Part shown: positions 45,518-55,565 of the stretch, piece by piece
Layout of the letters: every line of letters starts with the position of its first letter
How positions within the stretch are numbered: the stretch's first letter is position 1
Sequence record: NC_061444.1
Reading direction: 5' to 3' (one strand)
Length of the DNA stretch: 64,000 nt
Position numbers and translations under genes: made by a program
The notes under the pieces: model-generated
What the model was told of the DNA's origin: nothing
What the model saw: only the letters and a program-made list of their open reading frames with translations
Databases searched by the model: none

Positions 45518-46704
45518 CCGAACAAACTGAGATCACTGTCGTTGCCCGCCGACTGTTTGAGAAAGGCAGTGTCGAAGTACGTGATGCTTTACGCGCTATC
45601 GCAAACACTGTGCTCGCGCCGAGTCTGGCATTGCAGTATGAAGACAGCGTACCAAGCGTAGAGGCAACATATCGCATTCTGGACGAGATTACGTTCTCGG
45701 GTGACGGTACGCTGCTGCTTCCTGCTGATGATATTTACGCGTTCGATAATCTGCTGAATAAGAAGTGGCGCGGAACATTCTTCAATGCTGTGTCTAACAT
45801 GGCGCTGACTATGTGGTGCACTGACCCACGCACTGCCGGTAAAGGCTTCTGGCCTAAGCAGAACAATGAATGCTGTGAGCTGATCACACGTTCACTTATC
45901 TGGGTGATCGCGCAGCACGGTCTTGAGAATCTTCTCATTAAAGATTCGCCTGTTGTCAGTCACACACGTCTACCGCAGTTTATCATTGCGTTACAGACTG
46001 AGGGTAAAGACGAAGGTTACGCTCGTCACTTTAGCCTGTACAACCCACATGCAGATACAGGCAGTATCAGCACAAACAACATGTGGTCTGACGAATACCG
46101 CGCTGAGTTTGAGCGCAAACTTGTTGAAGGCCGTCCTGCAGAATACGATAGCGTTCGTCATATGGACTTCGACACTCTGGCTGATCTGTGTGAGCGTCTT
46201 AACCTTATTGGGCCGAACGCTACGCCTCGTGGTTGTACTTGCGACGAAGACGAATTTGATTGCGAATGCGACTGTGATGAGGTTATGACGCGTGAGGACT
46301 TCGATAACGACGACGATGAATTGCGTGACGTGTTCTACCAGAAGTACGGTCATCCTGACGACGGCGTTGACTACGACGAGGCCGAATGGATTACAGGCAC
46401 CTCGCTTATGGAAGTTGAAATCGATCTGCCTACTGTGCGTCTGCCTGTGCCTGACATTCCTAAGTCCCAACACCCGCACATGAAGAAGCAAAAGAAAGCG
46501 ATGCCGAAAGCACCACGCAAGCAGGTTATTCTCACTCATGCCCAACAGATCTGGCACGAGCTGGACAGCAAGCATGAGTTCGGTGATCGTCGTTTTGCTA
46601 TCACTCTCGTATCTCGCCACACGTGCGGTATCAATCGCGCTGTAGCAACGAATCGTGAAGCGCTGGCGATTGCATACGCTATCTCGTCGCTAGAAAGCAA
46701 ATAA
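45514..46704 (+). CDS. Hypothetical protein with acidic Cys-rich segment
   Basis: CTCDEDEFDCECDCDE. Confidence 0.75.
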   Translation: MTEQTEITVVARRLFEKGSVEVRDALRAIANTVLAPSLALQYEDSVPSVEATYRILDEITFSGDGTLLLPADDIYAFDNLLNKKWRGTFFNAVSNMALTMWCTDPRTAGKGFWPKQNNECCELITRSLIWVIAQHGLENLLIKDSPVVSHTRLPQFIIALQTEGKDEGYARHFSLYNPHADTGSISTNNMWSDEYRAEFERKLVEGRPAEYDSVRHMDFDTLADLCERLNLIGPNATPRGCTCDEDEFDCECDCDEVMTREDFDNDDDELRDVFYQKYGHPDDGVDYDEAEWITGTSLMEVEIDLPTVRLPVPDIPKSQHPHMKKQKKAMPKAPRKQVILTHAQQIWHELDSKHEFGDRRFAITLVSRHTCGINRAVATNREALAIAYAISSLESK

Positions 46705-46749
46705 CTGGACAAACTAGCGCTTCTATCTGATGCGCTTCTATGATATAAT
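46699..46749 (+). promoter_or_regulatory. Early promoter family, copy 6
   Basis: AAATAACTGGACAAA; 32 bp to TATAAT; AGCGC/GCGCT inverted repeat. Confidence 0.75.
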
Positions 46750-46815
46750 CATAGATAGAGCAATATCGCTCTCAACGTCATTTTTAACTATACGTTTATA
46801 ACGGGAATTGTCACT

Positions 46816-47118
46816 ATGTCACGCACCATTTCACGCAAGAAAGCAGTTAACCTGATGGCTACAACCTACAACGCAAAACATCCTGAATATCTTCCTCGCC
46901 TCTTGGCCGAAGACATGGACTCAACTCACCTGTTCGAGTTCCGTGAAATGGTTGTAGCAAAGATTCAGGCTGGTGAAGACCCTGCCAAAGTTGTTGACGA
47001 TATGATCGACACGGCTATTCGTGTTACCCAAGTTCGTCGTCGTACAAGCAACGATTACAATCCGAAGATCGCTGATGTACTGACCGACGAAATGCGTGAG
47101 ATGCTCCGTAACCTGTAA
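46816..47118 (+). CDS. Hypothetical protein
   Basis: 100-aa ORF. Confidence 0.7.
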   Translation: MSRTISRKKAVNLMATTYNAKHPEYLPRLLAEDMDSTHLFEFREMVVAKIQAGEDPAKVVDDMIDTAIRVTQVRRRTSNDYNPKIADVLTDEMREMLRNL

Positions 47119-47126
47119 GGATAAAA

Positions 47127-47681
47127 ATGAAAAGCTACGGTTACTTCTATATTCTGAACCACATCGCTATGGCCGTAGATGCACCCAACAAGGAAGTTGG
47201 GTTCAAAGCTCTTGTTGAACTGGACATGTTCAATCGCGCATCTATCTTCACTCGCCCTGACGCTGAACCTCGTGCTGCAAAGCTCGTTTGTGATCTCACT
47301 GACTCGCTTTATCCGAAGTCTGCTGACACTAACCCGACTGTTGAGCAACGCATGATGTTAGTGCAAGCTCTGCACGATCAGGAACTCGAATCCATTGTAG
47401 GTGGCATTCGCTTCTTCGTGCCGTTTGCGTACACGAAAGAGCAACTGACCGAGCAATTCGGTTTCTTCGACAACGGTGAGTCGCTTAACGTACCGTACTT
47501 CTTGCGTCACATGTTCATGGCTGATCAAGCTGTCTTCTGTGACGGCAAGCTGACCAGCTTCGCTTATTCGTGTACTCACGGCGAAGTGTCGCAGACAGCC
47601 CGGCAGTACGGTCTCTTCCCTGCTCAGGCGTATGGCAAGAACGATATTCCTGAGCGGTACAAACATCTGCCTCTGTTCTAG
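47127..47681 (+). CDS. Hypothetical protein
   Basis: 184 aa; AAGGA RBS. Confidence 0.75.
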   Translation: MKSYGYFYILNHIAMAVDAPNKEVGFKALVELDMFNRASIFTRPDAEPRAAKLVCDLTDSLYPKSADTNPTVEQRMMLVQALHDQELESIVGGIRFFVPFAYTKEQLTEQFGFFDNGESLNVPYFLRHMFMADQAVFCDGKLTSFAYSCTHGEVSQTARQYGLFPAQAYGKNDIPERYKHLPLF

Positions 47682-47693
47682 GAGACAACGCTC

Positions 47694-48152
47694 ATGGGAG
47701 TTGTTCAAGGCATAACAGCAACCACGTTCCCTTCGCGGGGACGTGATGAGGGCCAGAAGATTGCTCTCAAGTCACGCTGGGGAATCTACCCTGCAGTGAT
47801 TGTGCGTCAAGACAACGATCAGCCATACAATGAGATATGGAAGATTGACGCAAAGAATCTTCCGCGGCGTTACTTCAAAGAAGATGAAGACTTGTTCGTG
47901 TCGCGTCACTATATCGAGAACTATGCAAAGCACTCGCCTATCTGTGCGAAGGGTGAGTTCGAAAATCAGTTCGTCGATGTTGTGTTTGACTACGACACGG
48001 CGAACAAATGTGAGGGCGTCGTTGTGACGCATCGTGACCTGCTCTTGGTGATTTTGATTACCACGGGTCCGCACTCTGGTCGTTACGTTACAGGCAAAGA
48101 ATGTCAGTATGCGCCACGGCCACGTACAGTAAAAGAACTAATCGACAACTAA
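47694..48152 (+). CDS. Hypothetical protein, possible tandem SH3-like repeats
   Basis: GQKI...AVIVRQD..QPY..IWKI and NQFVDV.F...GVVVTHRD...GRYV...ECQY. Confidence 0.7.
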   Translation: MGVVQGITATTFPSRGRDEGQKIALKSRWGIYPAVIVRQDNDQPYNEIWKIDAKNLPRRYFKEDEDLFVSRHYIENYAKHSPICAKGEFENQFVDVVFDYDTANKCEGVVVTHRDLLLVILITTGPHSGRYVTGKECQYAPRPRTVKELIDN

Positions 48153-48162
48153 GGATATACGA

Positions 48163-48657
48163 ATGCAATTCAAAGTAATGCCTGATCTCAAACGTTTCCC
48201 CGACTTCATTATGCCTGAACGCGCCTCAGGTCAGGCCGCCGGTATTGACCTGTTCGCTCAGGAAGATATGGAAATCACAAACAACACCCAGCTGTTTGAA
48301 CTGGGCTTTAAAGCTGCTGTGCCTGACGGTTACGTTGGTATCATCTTCCCACGTAGTGGCCTGGGTGCTAAGTTCAACTGTCAGTTGTCGAACACTCTGG
48401 GCGTTATTGATTCTGATTATCGTGGTCAGTGGATGGCGGCTCTGCATCTCGGAGGCAAAGGCACTAAAGTTGAAAGCACTGAAACGTATCGACCGAATCA
48501 CGGCGAAACGCAGCGCCTTGTCATTAAGAAAGGCGACGCGTATGCGCAAGTGCTGTTCTTCCCTGTGCCGTTGATGCCTGTTGTTCAGGTTACCGAGCTG
48601 GACGACACAGAGCGTGGCGAGGGTGGTTTCGGTTCCACCACAAAGACTAGTGAGTAA
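48163..48657 (+). CDS. dut: Trimeric dUTPase
   Basis: AGIDL, PRSGLG, GVIDSDYRG, AQVLF, RGEGGFGST motifs. Confidence 0.95.
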   Translation: MQFKVMPDLKRFPDFIMPERASGQAAGIDLFAQEDMEITNNTQLFELGFKAAVPDGYVGIIFPRSGLGAKFNCQLSNTLGVIDSDYRGQWMAALHLGGKGTKVESTETYRPNHGETQRLVIKKGDAYAQVLFFPVPLMPVVQVTELDDTERGEGGFGSTTKTSE

Positions 48658-48865
48658 TCTCTGGGTGCTCTTTATCGCCTACTATATTGTAGGCGTTATC
48701 ATATTCATTCGTGACCTGCTCGAAGTTGCAGACGATACGCAATTGAGAAAAGCGTTCGACCGAGAACTCGAACATATATCCGATAGCGGTCTTCTCTTTG
48801 AGATGGTCAAGGTCATACTGTTCGTCGTATTCATCCACATTCCTTGTTGGATAATTCGCGTATAG
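48650..48865 (+). CDS. Small membrane protein
   Basis: GTG start; two hydrophobic segments. Confidence 0.5.
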   Translation: MSNLWVLFIAYYIVGVIIFIRDLLEVADDTQLRKAFDRELEHISDSGLLFEMVKVILFVVFIHIPCWIIRV

Positions 48866-48923
48866 TGATGCCACTCACACTAGGAGCCTTACGTGGGCTC
48901 CTCATTATCGTAATATAAACACT

Positions 48924-49238
48924 ATGGCAAAGAAAACTTATCTGCTACCTAGTCAGCGCCCAAGCCCGTTGCCGAACTTACGAGCCTATCTCGCGTTTCT
49001 CGCCCGGAAGCCCAACGCTAATCGCGCAGTATTAGAATCGTATTGCAAAGCAAGTCTGGCTCAAATGCGCCGCGACCGTTTCTTTGTGGGTAAGCTCTTT
49101 GGCTACAAAGTGTATACGAAATCGAACAAGCTCGCATACACGGTTGTCTGGATAGACCCATACAACTATGACTGTCTTGTTCTCAATCATCAAAGGAGAA
49201 TAGTAGAGTTCAAAAACCTTTACGGCCTGCTTTTATAG
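48924..49238 (+). CDS. Basic hypothetical protein
   Basis: 104-aa ORF. Confidence 0.6.
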   Translation: MAKKTYLLPSQRPSPLPNLRAYLAFLARKPNANRAVLESYCKASLAQMRRDRFFVGKLFGYKVYTKSNKLAYTVVWIDPYNYDCLVLNHQRRIVEFKNLYGLLL

Positions 49239-49312
49239 TTAGGTCCTAGCGCCTTCACACTAGGGGAAATGTTCCGATGATAACTGTTCTTAACAATCGT
49301 ACCGACGAGGTA

Positions 49313-49954
49313 ATGAAACGCCTGAACGTAGCAGTATGGGCTTGTGTCGCTATTATGTTTGCTGTGTATATCGCAATCGTGAGCAATGCAAACGCCAGTA
49401 TGTCTACAGGCCCTGACAACGCCATTGATCTTTCATCTTCCGTGTCACTCGATCCCTCCAATCGTGTGGCAACCAAATACAAGGAGATAGAAAAGGCAGT
49501 AGCTGTAAAAGAAGAACGAAGGCCCAAACGTTATGTAACGAGAGAGCGCCTCCGACAACTTTATGCTCACTTGCCTCATCCGTCTGACTTAGGCAAGCAG
49601 ATTGATTTGGCCGCAGAGAAGTACAATGTAGATGCAAAACTGCTTCTATCAATCTGTGTGTCCGAGTCGCATCTTCGTGCAAAGGTCAGGAACAAGTCTG
49701 GTGCTACAGGTCTGTGTCAAATCATGCCTAACATGCACGGACGTTCTGCACGGGAACTTATGGACTACCGAGTCAATGTTGATCAGGCAGCCCAGATTGT
49801 TGCGTCACTAAACAAGCAGTGTCGTGGGAAACGCGCTTGTGTTATCCAGAGTTACAACACTGGTTGGGGAGCATATTTGAAAGGGGTACGTGCCCCTCAA
49901 TATTTAGCTAAAGTACAGACTGAGTATCGCCGCAAGCATACTCCATCTTCTTAA
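49313..49954 (+). CDS. Lytic transglycosylase (SLT family) with N-terminal membrane anchor
   Basis: SICVSES, GATGLCQIMP, NVDQAA, YNTG; N-terminal hydrophobic helix. Confidence 0.85.
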   Translation: MKRLNVAVWACVAIMFAVYIAIVSNANASMSTGPDNAIDLSSSVSLDPSNRVATKYKEIEKAVAVKEERRPKRYVTRERLRQLYAHLPHPSDLGKQIDLAAEKYNVDAKLLLSICVSESHLRAKVRNKSGATGLCQIMPNMHGRSARELMDYRVNVDQAAQIVASLNKQCRGKRACVIQSYNTGWGAYLKGVRAPQYLAKVQTEYRRKHTPSS

Positions 49955-49968
49955 TCGAGGACATAATA

Positions 49969-50655
49969 ATGAACATCAATATCACCGCACTGTACAAAAT
50001 GCAATTCCAGTTGCTGAAACCTTTATCGCCGCGTCAGGAGTATGCGCTCGTCGTACTGCTCTGCGACAACGTGAAAGATGGTGATGTGGCTGCACTGGCA
50101 GAAGTAATCGTTCGTGATTATCCGCACGTTGCGCGTCTGTATGATGCGTTCGCCGCTGCTAATCAATACGAAAACGCAGTACCATTCATCGTACCTGTGC
50201 TGAACTCGGACGAAGTTACCGAAGAGATCTTCTGCATTCAGAATCACGCGCTTGTTGTAGCACCAGAACTGCGTGACTCTCTGTATCAGGCATTGACCCG
50301 CGTTGTAATGATGCGTGAAACGCCTGATGAATTGCTAATGCGCGAAGGCGCCGAACTGATTCTGGTACACGATGCTCTGCCGTACCTGCTCGGTCAGTTT
50401 GTTGACGGTATGCTCGACGCATACAACTGCGGTGTGCTGCCTATGGTTGTTCGTCCTTCAAAACAACAACAGGCCATGCGTGATGATCGTATGCTCTCGT
50501 TTGAGATGCTGCGTGACAGCAATATGTTCTCTGGTAGTCTGGACTTCACTAAAGCTCTACAGCCGAGTGAGAAAGCTAAAGCGATTGCTAATCAGCTTAT
50601 CTCTCGTCTGCGTAGCGTTAAGCCGGCGCGTGGCTTAGACGTAGTGGCACAATAA
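49969..50655 (+). CDS. Hypothetical protein
   Basis: 228 aa; GAGG RBS. Confidence 0.75.
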   Translation: MNINITALYKMQFQLLKPLSPRQEYALVVLLCDNVKDGDVAALAEVIVRDYPHVARLYDAFAAANQYENAVPFIVPVLNSDEVTEEIFCIQNHALVVAPELRDSLYQALTRVVMMRETPDELLMREGAELILVHDALPYLLGQFVDGMLDAYNCGVLPMVVRPSKQQQAMRDDRMLSFEMLRDSNMFSGSLDFTKALQPSEKAKAIANQLISRLRSVKPARGLDVVAQ

Positions 50656-50660
50656 AACTC

Positions 50661-50691
50661 AACGGGAGACCTTAACTGGTTTCCCGTTTTT
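50661..50691 (+). terminator. Intrinsic terminator
   Basis: AACGGGAGACC-TTAACT-GGTTTCCCGTT-TTT. Confidence 0.75.
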
Positions 50692-50716
50692 CATTTCTGC
50701 GCAAATTTTTGAGACT

Positions 50717-51667
50717 ATGACAATGACTAAGACTGCTACCTTCCCGTGGAAAAGTGCTGACCATCGTAACGTGGATTTTGCACTGCGTATCAACAAACTG
50801 AATCTGATGGAAACGTGGAACTACGTCAAGGCGAACAACAAGCCTGACGCAGAAGGTGATGCGCTTCTATCCATGATGCACTACCACTCTACCGAGCACA
50901 TGCGTCAGGTAACAGTGATTGCTCTCTGGTTGTTAGAGCGTGAGTCAGAACAAGCATGGCAGTATGACGTCGGTGCATTACCTCTGGCAGTCGCGTGTAT
51001 GTTCCACGACATGAATCACTCGCTCGGTAAAACTGACGACGAGCAGAACGTGGCCGTAGCCCAAGAGGCATTCAAGAAGTATCTCACTGATACCGAAGAT
51101 CAGCGTATCATCGATCAACAGGACATTATTCTTGAGTTGATCAAAATCACTCAATTCCCATACATGGACACCCGCCAGCCGAAGAATCTGATCGAGCGTT
51201 GCATCCGTGATGCGGATATCCTGTACGGTATGCAAGATGATGTTATCGACTATGTAATGTTTTCGCTTCGCCGTGAGCTGAATCGCCGCCCGAAAACTTC
51301 TACGTTGAAGTATGACCGAGAGCAGTGGGCATCAATGCGCATTGACTTCCTGCTATCTATCGAAATCTATACGCCGACAGCCGAAGCAATCATGGGCTGG
51401 GAGTTGTCTTCGACCAACGACAATGGCCACGAAGATAAATTGCAGGCGTGGGTGAGCGATGACCCTGTGTTCTACGTTACCACCGCAAATGCGTTGAAAG
51501 CGAATGACGTGTTGTTTATCGACACGTCAGAAGATGCAACAACGAAGCGCCGTCTGATCGAGCGCATTACAGACATGGGCGTTGGCTTCAACATCTATTT
51601 CAATGACGGTGACTCGCTTCATCTGCGCAACGGTGAGAAGTGCGTAGCAGTCGAAAGACGCAAATAA
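50717..51667 (+). CDS. HD-domain phosphohydrolase
   Basis: YHSTEH...ACMFHDMNH...RDADIL. Confidence 0.8.
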   Translation: MTMTKTATFPWKSADHRNVDFALRINKLNLMETWNYVKANNKPDAEGDALLSMMHYHSTEHMRQVTVIALWLLERESEQAWQYDVGALPLAVACMFHDMNHSLGKTDDEQNVAVAQEAFKKYLTDTEDQRIIDQQDIILELIKITQFPYMDTRQPKNLIERCIRDADILYGMQDDVIDYVMFSLRRELNRRPKTSTLKYDREQWASMRIDFLLSIEIYTPTAEAIMGWELSSTNDNGHEDKLQAWVSDDPVFYVTTANALKANDVLFIDTSEDATTKRRLIERITDMGVGFNIYFNDGDSLHLRNGEKCVAVERRK

Positions 51668-51712
51668 TAGGCTGAAATCGCCGTACTGTCTAAAGTGCGT
51701 TTATGCTACAAT
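51662..51712 (+). promoter_or_regulatory. Early promoter family, copy 7 (divergent box)
   Basis: AAATAATAGGCTGAAAT; 32 bp to TACAAT; CGTACT/AGTGCG inverted repeat. Confidence 0.55.
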
Positions 51713-51744
51713 ATGCGTAGACGCACTAACAAAGAGAGTTAATC

Positions 51745-51975
51745 ATGATGCACGATATATACAAGGTGAGTGCTGTCCTGTTCTACTTGCTTGGCGCTAT
51801 GGCTTTCCTTGCACATATCGTTGGCTTCGTGAAGAACTGGATGAAGATAAAAGAGATGCGGCAGAAAGCACGGGCGAAGATTGCCAAAGTGAAGACGCCG
51901 CATGAATTGATTAAACGCCGCTTGCGTAAAGCAGAAGAACGCGCACGGTATCGCCCACGTAAACTGAGAGACTAA
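51745..51975 (+). CDS. Small membrane-anchored basic protein
   Basis: N-terminal TM, K/R-rich tail. Confidence 0.6.
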   Translation: MMHDIYKVSAVLFYLLGAMAFLAHIVGFVKNWMKIKEMRQKARAKIAKVKTPHELIKRRLRKAEERARYRPRKLRD

Positions 51976-51979
51976 AATC

Positions 51980-52288
51980 ATGGCTGAGATGAATCACAAC
52001 GATGTACTCGAAAACAAAGTACGCCAGGCACTGGAGAAGTGCTGGAACGAAACGGCGAAAAACAATTCAGGTCCCACGACTTATGCGTTTCTTGCTTCGT
52101 CGTTTGCCTCAGACGGACGCAACTTGTTTGAGGGCGAGTTGAAGATGCTGAACGTAATGCTGCGTGACCCTGTGAATATTAACATGTACGGTCGACACGT
52201 TGCGACTGTGTATAGCAGCAACAAAGGTCTGATGGTTGCATTCCAGCCTGTTGCTGACCTCGAAGACATTGTTGAACTGGAGATGTAA
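51980..52288 (+). CDS. Hypothetical protein
   Basis: 102-aa ORF. Confidence 0.65.
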   Translation: MAEMNHNDVLENKVRQALEKCWNETAKNNSGPTTYAFLASSFASDGRNLFEGELKMLNVMLRDPVNINMYGRHVATVYSSNKGLMVAFQPVADLEDIVELEM

Positions 52289-52289
52289 C

Positions 52290-52865
52290 ATGGATCAGAT
52301 TGATTTGTTTGATACTGCCGGTGCGCATGAGATCTCAGAGTACACGCAACTCGAATATGACCGTTTACCCGCCGCGCACATTACGCAGTGTGACAGGCGA
52401 GTATTCGCCGCGTTCGGTGACCCGGTACTTACCCAAGAGTATCTTGAGAAATACCCAAGTCTGGTACCGGGCAAATTGAAGTTTCGTAAGAAGCTGGTGA
52501 TGATTCAAGAGTTTGTGTTGGTCACGCACGACAAGCTCAAGGAAAGTCTGCTCAAGAAACAAGGCAATGTTCGCCAGATGGGCAACATCGACCCGCAGTA
52601 CCTGATCAATGTGTACAATCACACTGAGAAGGTTGCGTTGTTCATGCGTGACTTCGAAGACTTCATGTCGGGCTTCATGAATGCTGTTCATCTGTTTACG
52701 GTTGCGACTGTATATGATGGTCGCTTGTTGGTGTTTGCAGAGAATGGTGATCCGCTTGTCACCGCAGAAGAAACGTTGGCGATGCTCAACGAGATTGAGA
52801 GCTTCATCAATAAAAGCAAAGTGTATCGCGTACACTCACAAAACGCCATCTACCGCACAATCTAA
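52290..52865 (+). CDS. Hypothetical protein
   Basis: 191 aa; GGAG RBS. Confidence 0.7.
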   Translation: MDQIDLFDTAGAHEISEYTQLEYDRLPAAHITQCDRRVFAAFGDPVLTQEYLEKYPSLVPGKLKFRKKLVMIQEFVLVTHDKLKESLLKKQGNVRQMGNIDPQYLINVYNHTEKVALFMRDFEDFMSGFMNAVHLFTVATVYDGRLLVFAENGDPLVTAEETLAMLNEIESFINKSKVYRVHSQNAIYRTI

Positions 52866-52913
52866 TCTACCCAATAGTAGCAGCGCTCACGGGTGCTGCA
52901 CAGGAGAAACATT

Positions 52914-54509
52914 ATGTCATTCGATATGCGCCAGAACGTACTCATGGTTCGCTCTCTGATTCACGGCCAACCATTCTACAACTTCTACAATGCCGAAGGC
53001 CTGGACTTCACCCTGCCTGGTTATCAACTCAAAGAGATCTATGACCGCCATTTCGAAGGTCGTATGTCTGGCGTCACTACTTACTGGGGGTTCTCGAACA
53101 AGTCAAACTGTGAGACTTTCGAGTTTGCGGATAACGGTGATTTGATGTGGTCAGTTTCTCTGAATGCCACCTGTCACACGCTGTTGCCTCTTGAGATGGT
53201 TATCGGTCACGATGGATTTAACGTCATTAACGGTTTCGAAATCAGCGATCATAAACGAACTGTGATTAAGATTCACCAGAAAGCTGTCGGTCGTACTGTG
53301 GAAAAACTTACGTGGTTCCGCGATATGTCAGAGAATCATATGCGTGAATTGCTGTGTGCTCTTGGTCACGGGCCTATGCGTATCGAACGTGCAGACCGTG
53401 AAGAACTGATCAAGATTCACCGAGATTGGCAGCGCAAGCACGATGAAGAATATAAGTACACGCACAACGCTTGCGGTGTTGACCCTGACGATAAACTCCC
53501 TGCTGACCTGTATGACGATCACGGTAAGTGGTTACGCCAGCGTCACATGGCCAAAGGCAAAACGATTGAGATGATGGCGAGTGAGCTTGCTAACATCGTC
53601 CGCATCTTTGAGCTTGATGATACGGACGACTTTGACCACATGAATCCTGATTGGGATGAAGGTCTGCGTCGTGTCGCACAAGCATTCATCTACGGGCCAA
53701 ACGCCAAAGAGCGCTTCGATGCTGTGAAGTACAATGGTCAGTTTGTTGTTAACGGTATCTACGCCTTAGCAAAAGACCTGAACTGGTTGCATATCAATGA
53801 CGAAACGCGAGACTACCAAGAGTCTCTGATTCGCCGTCTGATGCAAGAACTGAAAAACGAAGTCGAGCGCCCAGGCAGTGTGTTTGTTGTCGAAGAAGGT
53901 AAAGTCTTGTTGAAAGCTGAGTCTGCTGCTGCAACAGATACAGATGTGGTTGACGAGGTAGAAGAAGACGAAGACGAAGATACGTCTATGTCAGAAGAAG
54001 CCGCAGAAGTGCGTACCTTCCTCGGTGGCCTGAGCGACACCAAGTTACGTCACTACGCGAAGCTGTTTAAGTTAGCGAGCACGACGAAGTTACTGCGAAT
54101 GGATCACGCAGCGTTGGTTGACCTGTGTGCTGACTATTGCGGGTCTAACTGGCCGGAAGATTTGGAAGAAGACGAAGTTGAGGCAGAACGCGAGCCGCGC
54201 AAATTCCCTGCTGTATGCGATGACGCGAATATAGCTTACGAGGCCATTCGCAAAGTCCTGTCTTATGCCAAAATCCCTATGTCTCAGTATAGCGGCAAGT
54301 TACGTTCCGGTGTCGTTTCCACACGAGCGGCCGCCCGTAAGAAAGTAATGAGCAGCCTGAAAGATTTTGCCCGCAGCGATGCTCTGAACACTTTGCCTCA
54401 GGTGCATTTGGAGACTCTTGCTTGTGCTCTGACTAAAATGAAAGACGGTGATCGCTACCCTCGTGGTGCCGAGTACCTGAAAGAACTAATTAAACACGCA
54501 CTGCGTTAA
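52914..54509 (+). CDS. Multi-domain protein with HEH-like motifs
   Basis: 531 aa; FRDMSENHMRELL...DREELI and LGGLSDTKLRHYA...DHAALV. Confidence 0.75.
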   Translation: MSFDMRQNVLMVRSLIHGQPFYNFYNAEGLDFTLPGYQLKEIYDRHFEGRMSGVTTYWGFSNKSNCETFEFADNGDLMWSVSLNATCHTLLPLEMVIGHDGFNVINGFEISDHKRTVIKIHQKAVGRTVEKLTWFRDMSENHMRELLCALGHGPMRIERADREELIKIHRDWQRKHDEEYKYTHNACGVDPDDKLPADLYDDHGKWLRQRHMAKGKTIEMMASELANIVRIFELDDTDDFDHMNPDWDEGLRRVAQAFIYGPNAKERFDAVKYNGQFVVNGIYALAKDLNWLHINDETRDYQESLIRRLMQELKNEVERPGSVFVVEEGKVLLKAESAAATDTDVVDEVEEDEDEDTSMSEEAAEVRTFLGGLSDTKLRHYAKLFKLASTTKLLRMDHAALVDLCADYCGSNWPEDLEEDEVEAEREPRKFPAVCDDANIAYEAIRKVLSYAKIPMSQYSGKLRSGVVSTRAAARKKVMSSLKDFARSDALNTLPQVHLETLACALTKMKDGDRYPRGAEYLKELIKHALR

Positions 54510-54544
54510 TCGTCTAATCACACCTAACATTGTAGGGAACAAAA

Positions 54545-54967
54545 ATGAAACTCGAACAAAACATTCTGGTACTGAATCGCATCGCTCTGATTATGGATGA
54601 CGCGCTGGTTCAAAAATGGGGCGAGGCAGCAAACGCTGACCGCGAAGCTGCGCAATATGCAACTGTGGTTATTCTGGCAAAACTCCAGCAGCGTATTCTG
54701 ACCGCTCTGCATAGTGAGAACCCGGAAGCGTGTGCTCGTCCTGAACTTCTTTGGACAGACTATGGCGCTATCTCGATTAGCGGTTTGTTTGTTATCTCGT
54801 CGTCTGCTGATCGTGAAGTGTTGAACCACTACGAAGACCACGACTATCTCAATCATCTGCACACAATTAAACGTGTCGCCGAAGAGAACGGATTCAAGTT
54901 GACTGTCTTCCCTGTGAAAGCAGACTTCCCGTTCACTGGCACTGAGATCCCCGCTGATATGCTATGA
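54545..54967 (+). CDS. Hypothetical protein
   Basis: 140-aa ORF. Confidence 0.7.
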   Translation: MKLEQNILVLNRIALIMDDALVQKWGEAANADREAAQYATVVILAKLQQRILTALHSENPEACARPELLWTDYGAISISGLFVISSSADREVLNHYEDHDYLNHLHTIKRVAEENGFKLTVFPVKADFPFTGTEIPADML

Positions 54968-54998
54968 TGTGACCGAAGCGCATATAGCTCAAGTAAGC

Positions 54999-55050
54999 AA
55001 AAATCTGGACAAAATGAGGCTATCAATCTGATGCCTCCCTGTGATATACT
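54999..55050 (+). promoter_or_regulatory. Early promoter family, copy 8
   Basis: AAAAATCTGGACAAAAT; 33 bp to TATACT; GAGGC-T-ATCA/TGAT-GCCTC hairpin. Confidence 0.75.
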
Positions 55051-55084
55051 AGAAGCGTAGCTTGTGCTGCGCTTTTTTAACTTA

Positions 55085-55098
55085 TGTCTGAGGAGACA
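55085..55098 (+). promoter_or_regulatory. GAGG-loop RBS hairpin
   Basis: TGTCT-GAGG-AGACA, ATG 55104. Confidence 0.65.
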
Positions 55099-55103
55099 AC
55101 AAA

Positions 55104-55565
55104 ATGCTGAACGAAACGAAAGCAACTGTATCTGATATCGAATTGCAGGACCGCATGATGGACGCCGCTGTCCAGAAAGTTATCGAACTGAAACCTGAAT
55201 GGATCGACGTTTGTGCTGCGGGTCTTAGGTTGTATCTGACCGTGTGTAACCAACTCGGTGGCCTGATTCCTGAGATGCGTTTCGTTCACAACAGCAAGCC
55301 ATGCAAGATCTCATTCAACCTGAATGAATCGGCTGACGGTGGCGAGTTCACTGCGAACGATATCGACAAAGACAAGCAGATGGAAATCTGCGATGCTATT
55401 CTTACTGTGGCCGAAGCGAACGAAGAAGGTCATTCGCTGATGGACTTAGCAATTTGTTCAGGCCGCCTGTTCATGATTGGTTATGACGGACTTGCTGGTA
55501 CGGTTGATAAAGTTTGCTTCCGTTATAGCAAGAAAAACTACACTATGAACCTTAAAGGTGAATAA
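55104..55565 (+). CDS. Hypothetical protein
   Basis: 153-aa ORF. Confidence 0.75.
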   Translation: MLNETKATVSDIELQDRMMDAAVQKVIELKPEWIDVCAAGLRLYLTVCNQLGGLIPEMRFVHNSKPCKISFNLNESADGGEFTANDIDKDKQMEICDAILTVAEANEEGHSLMDLAICSGRLFMIGYDGLAGTVDKVCFRYSKKNYTMNLKGE

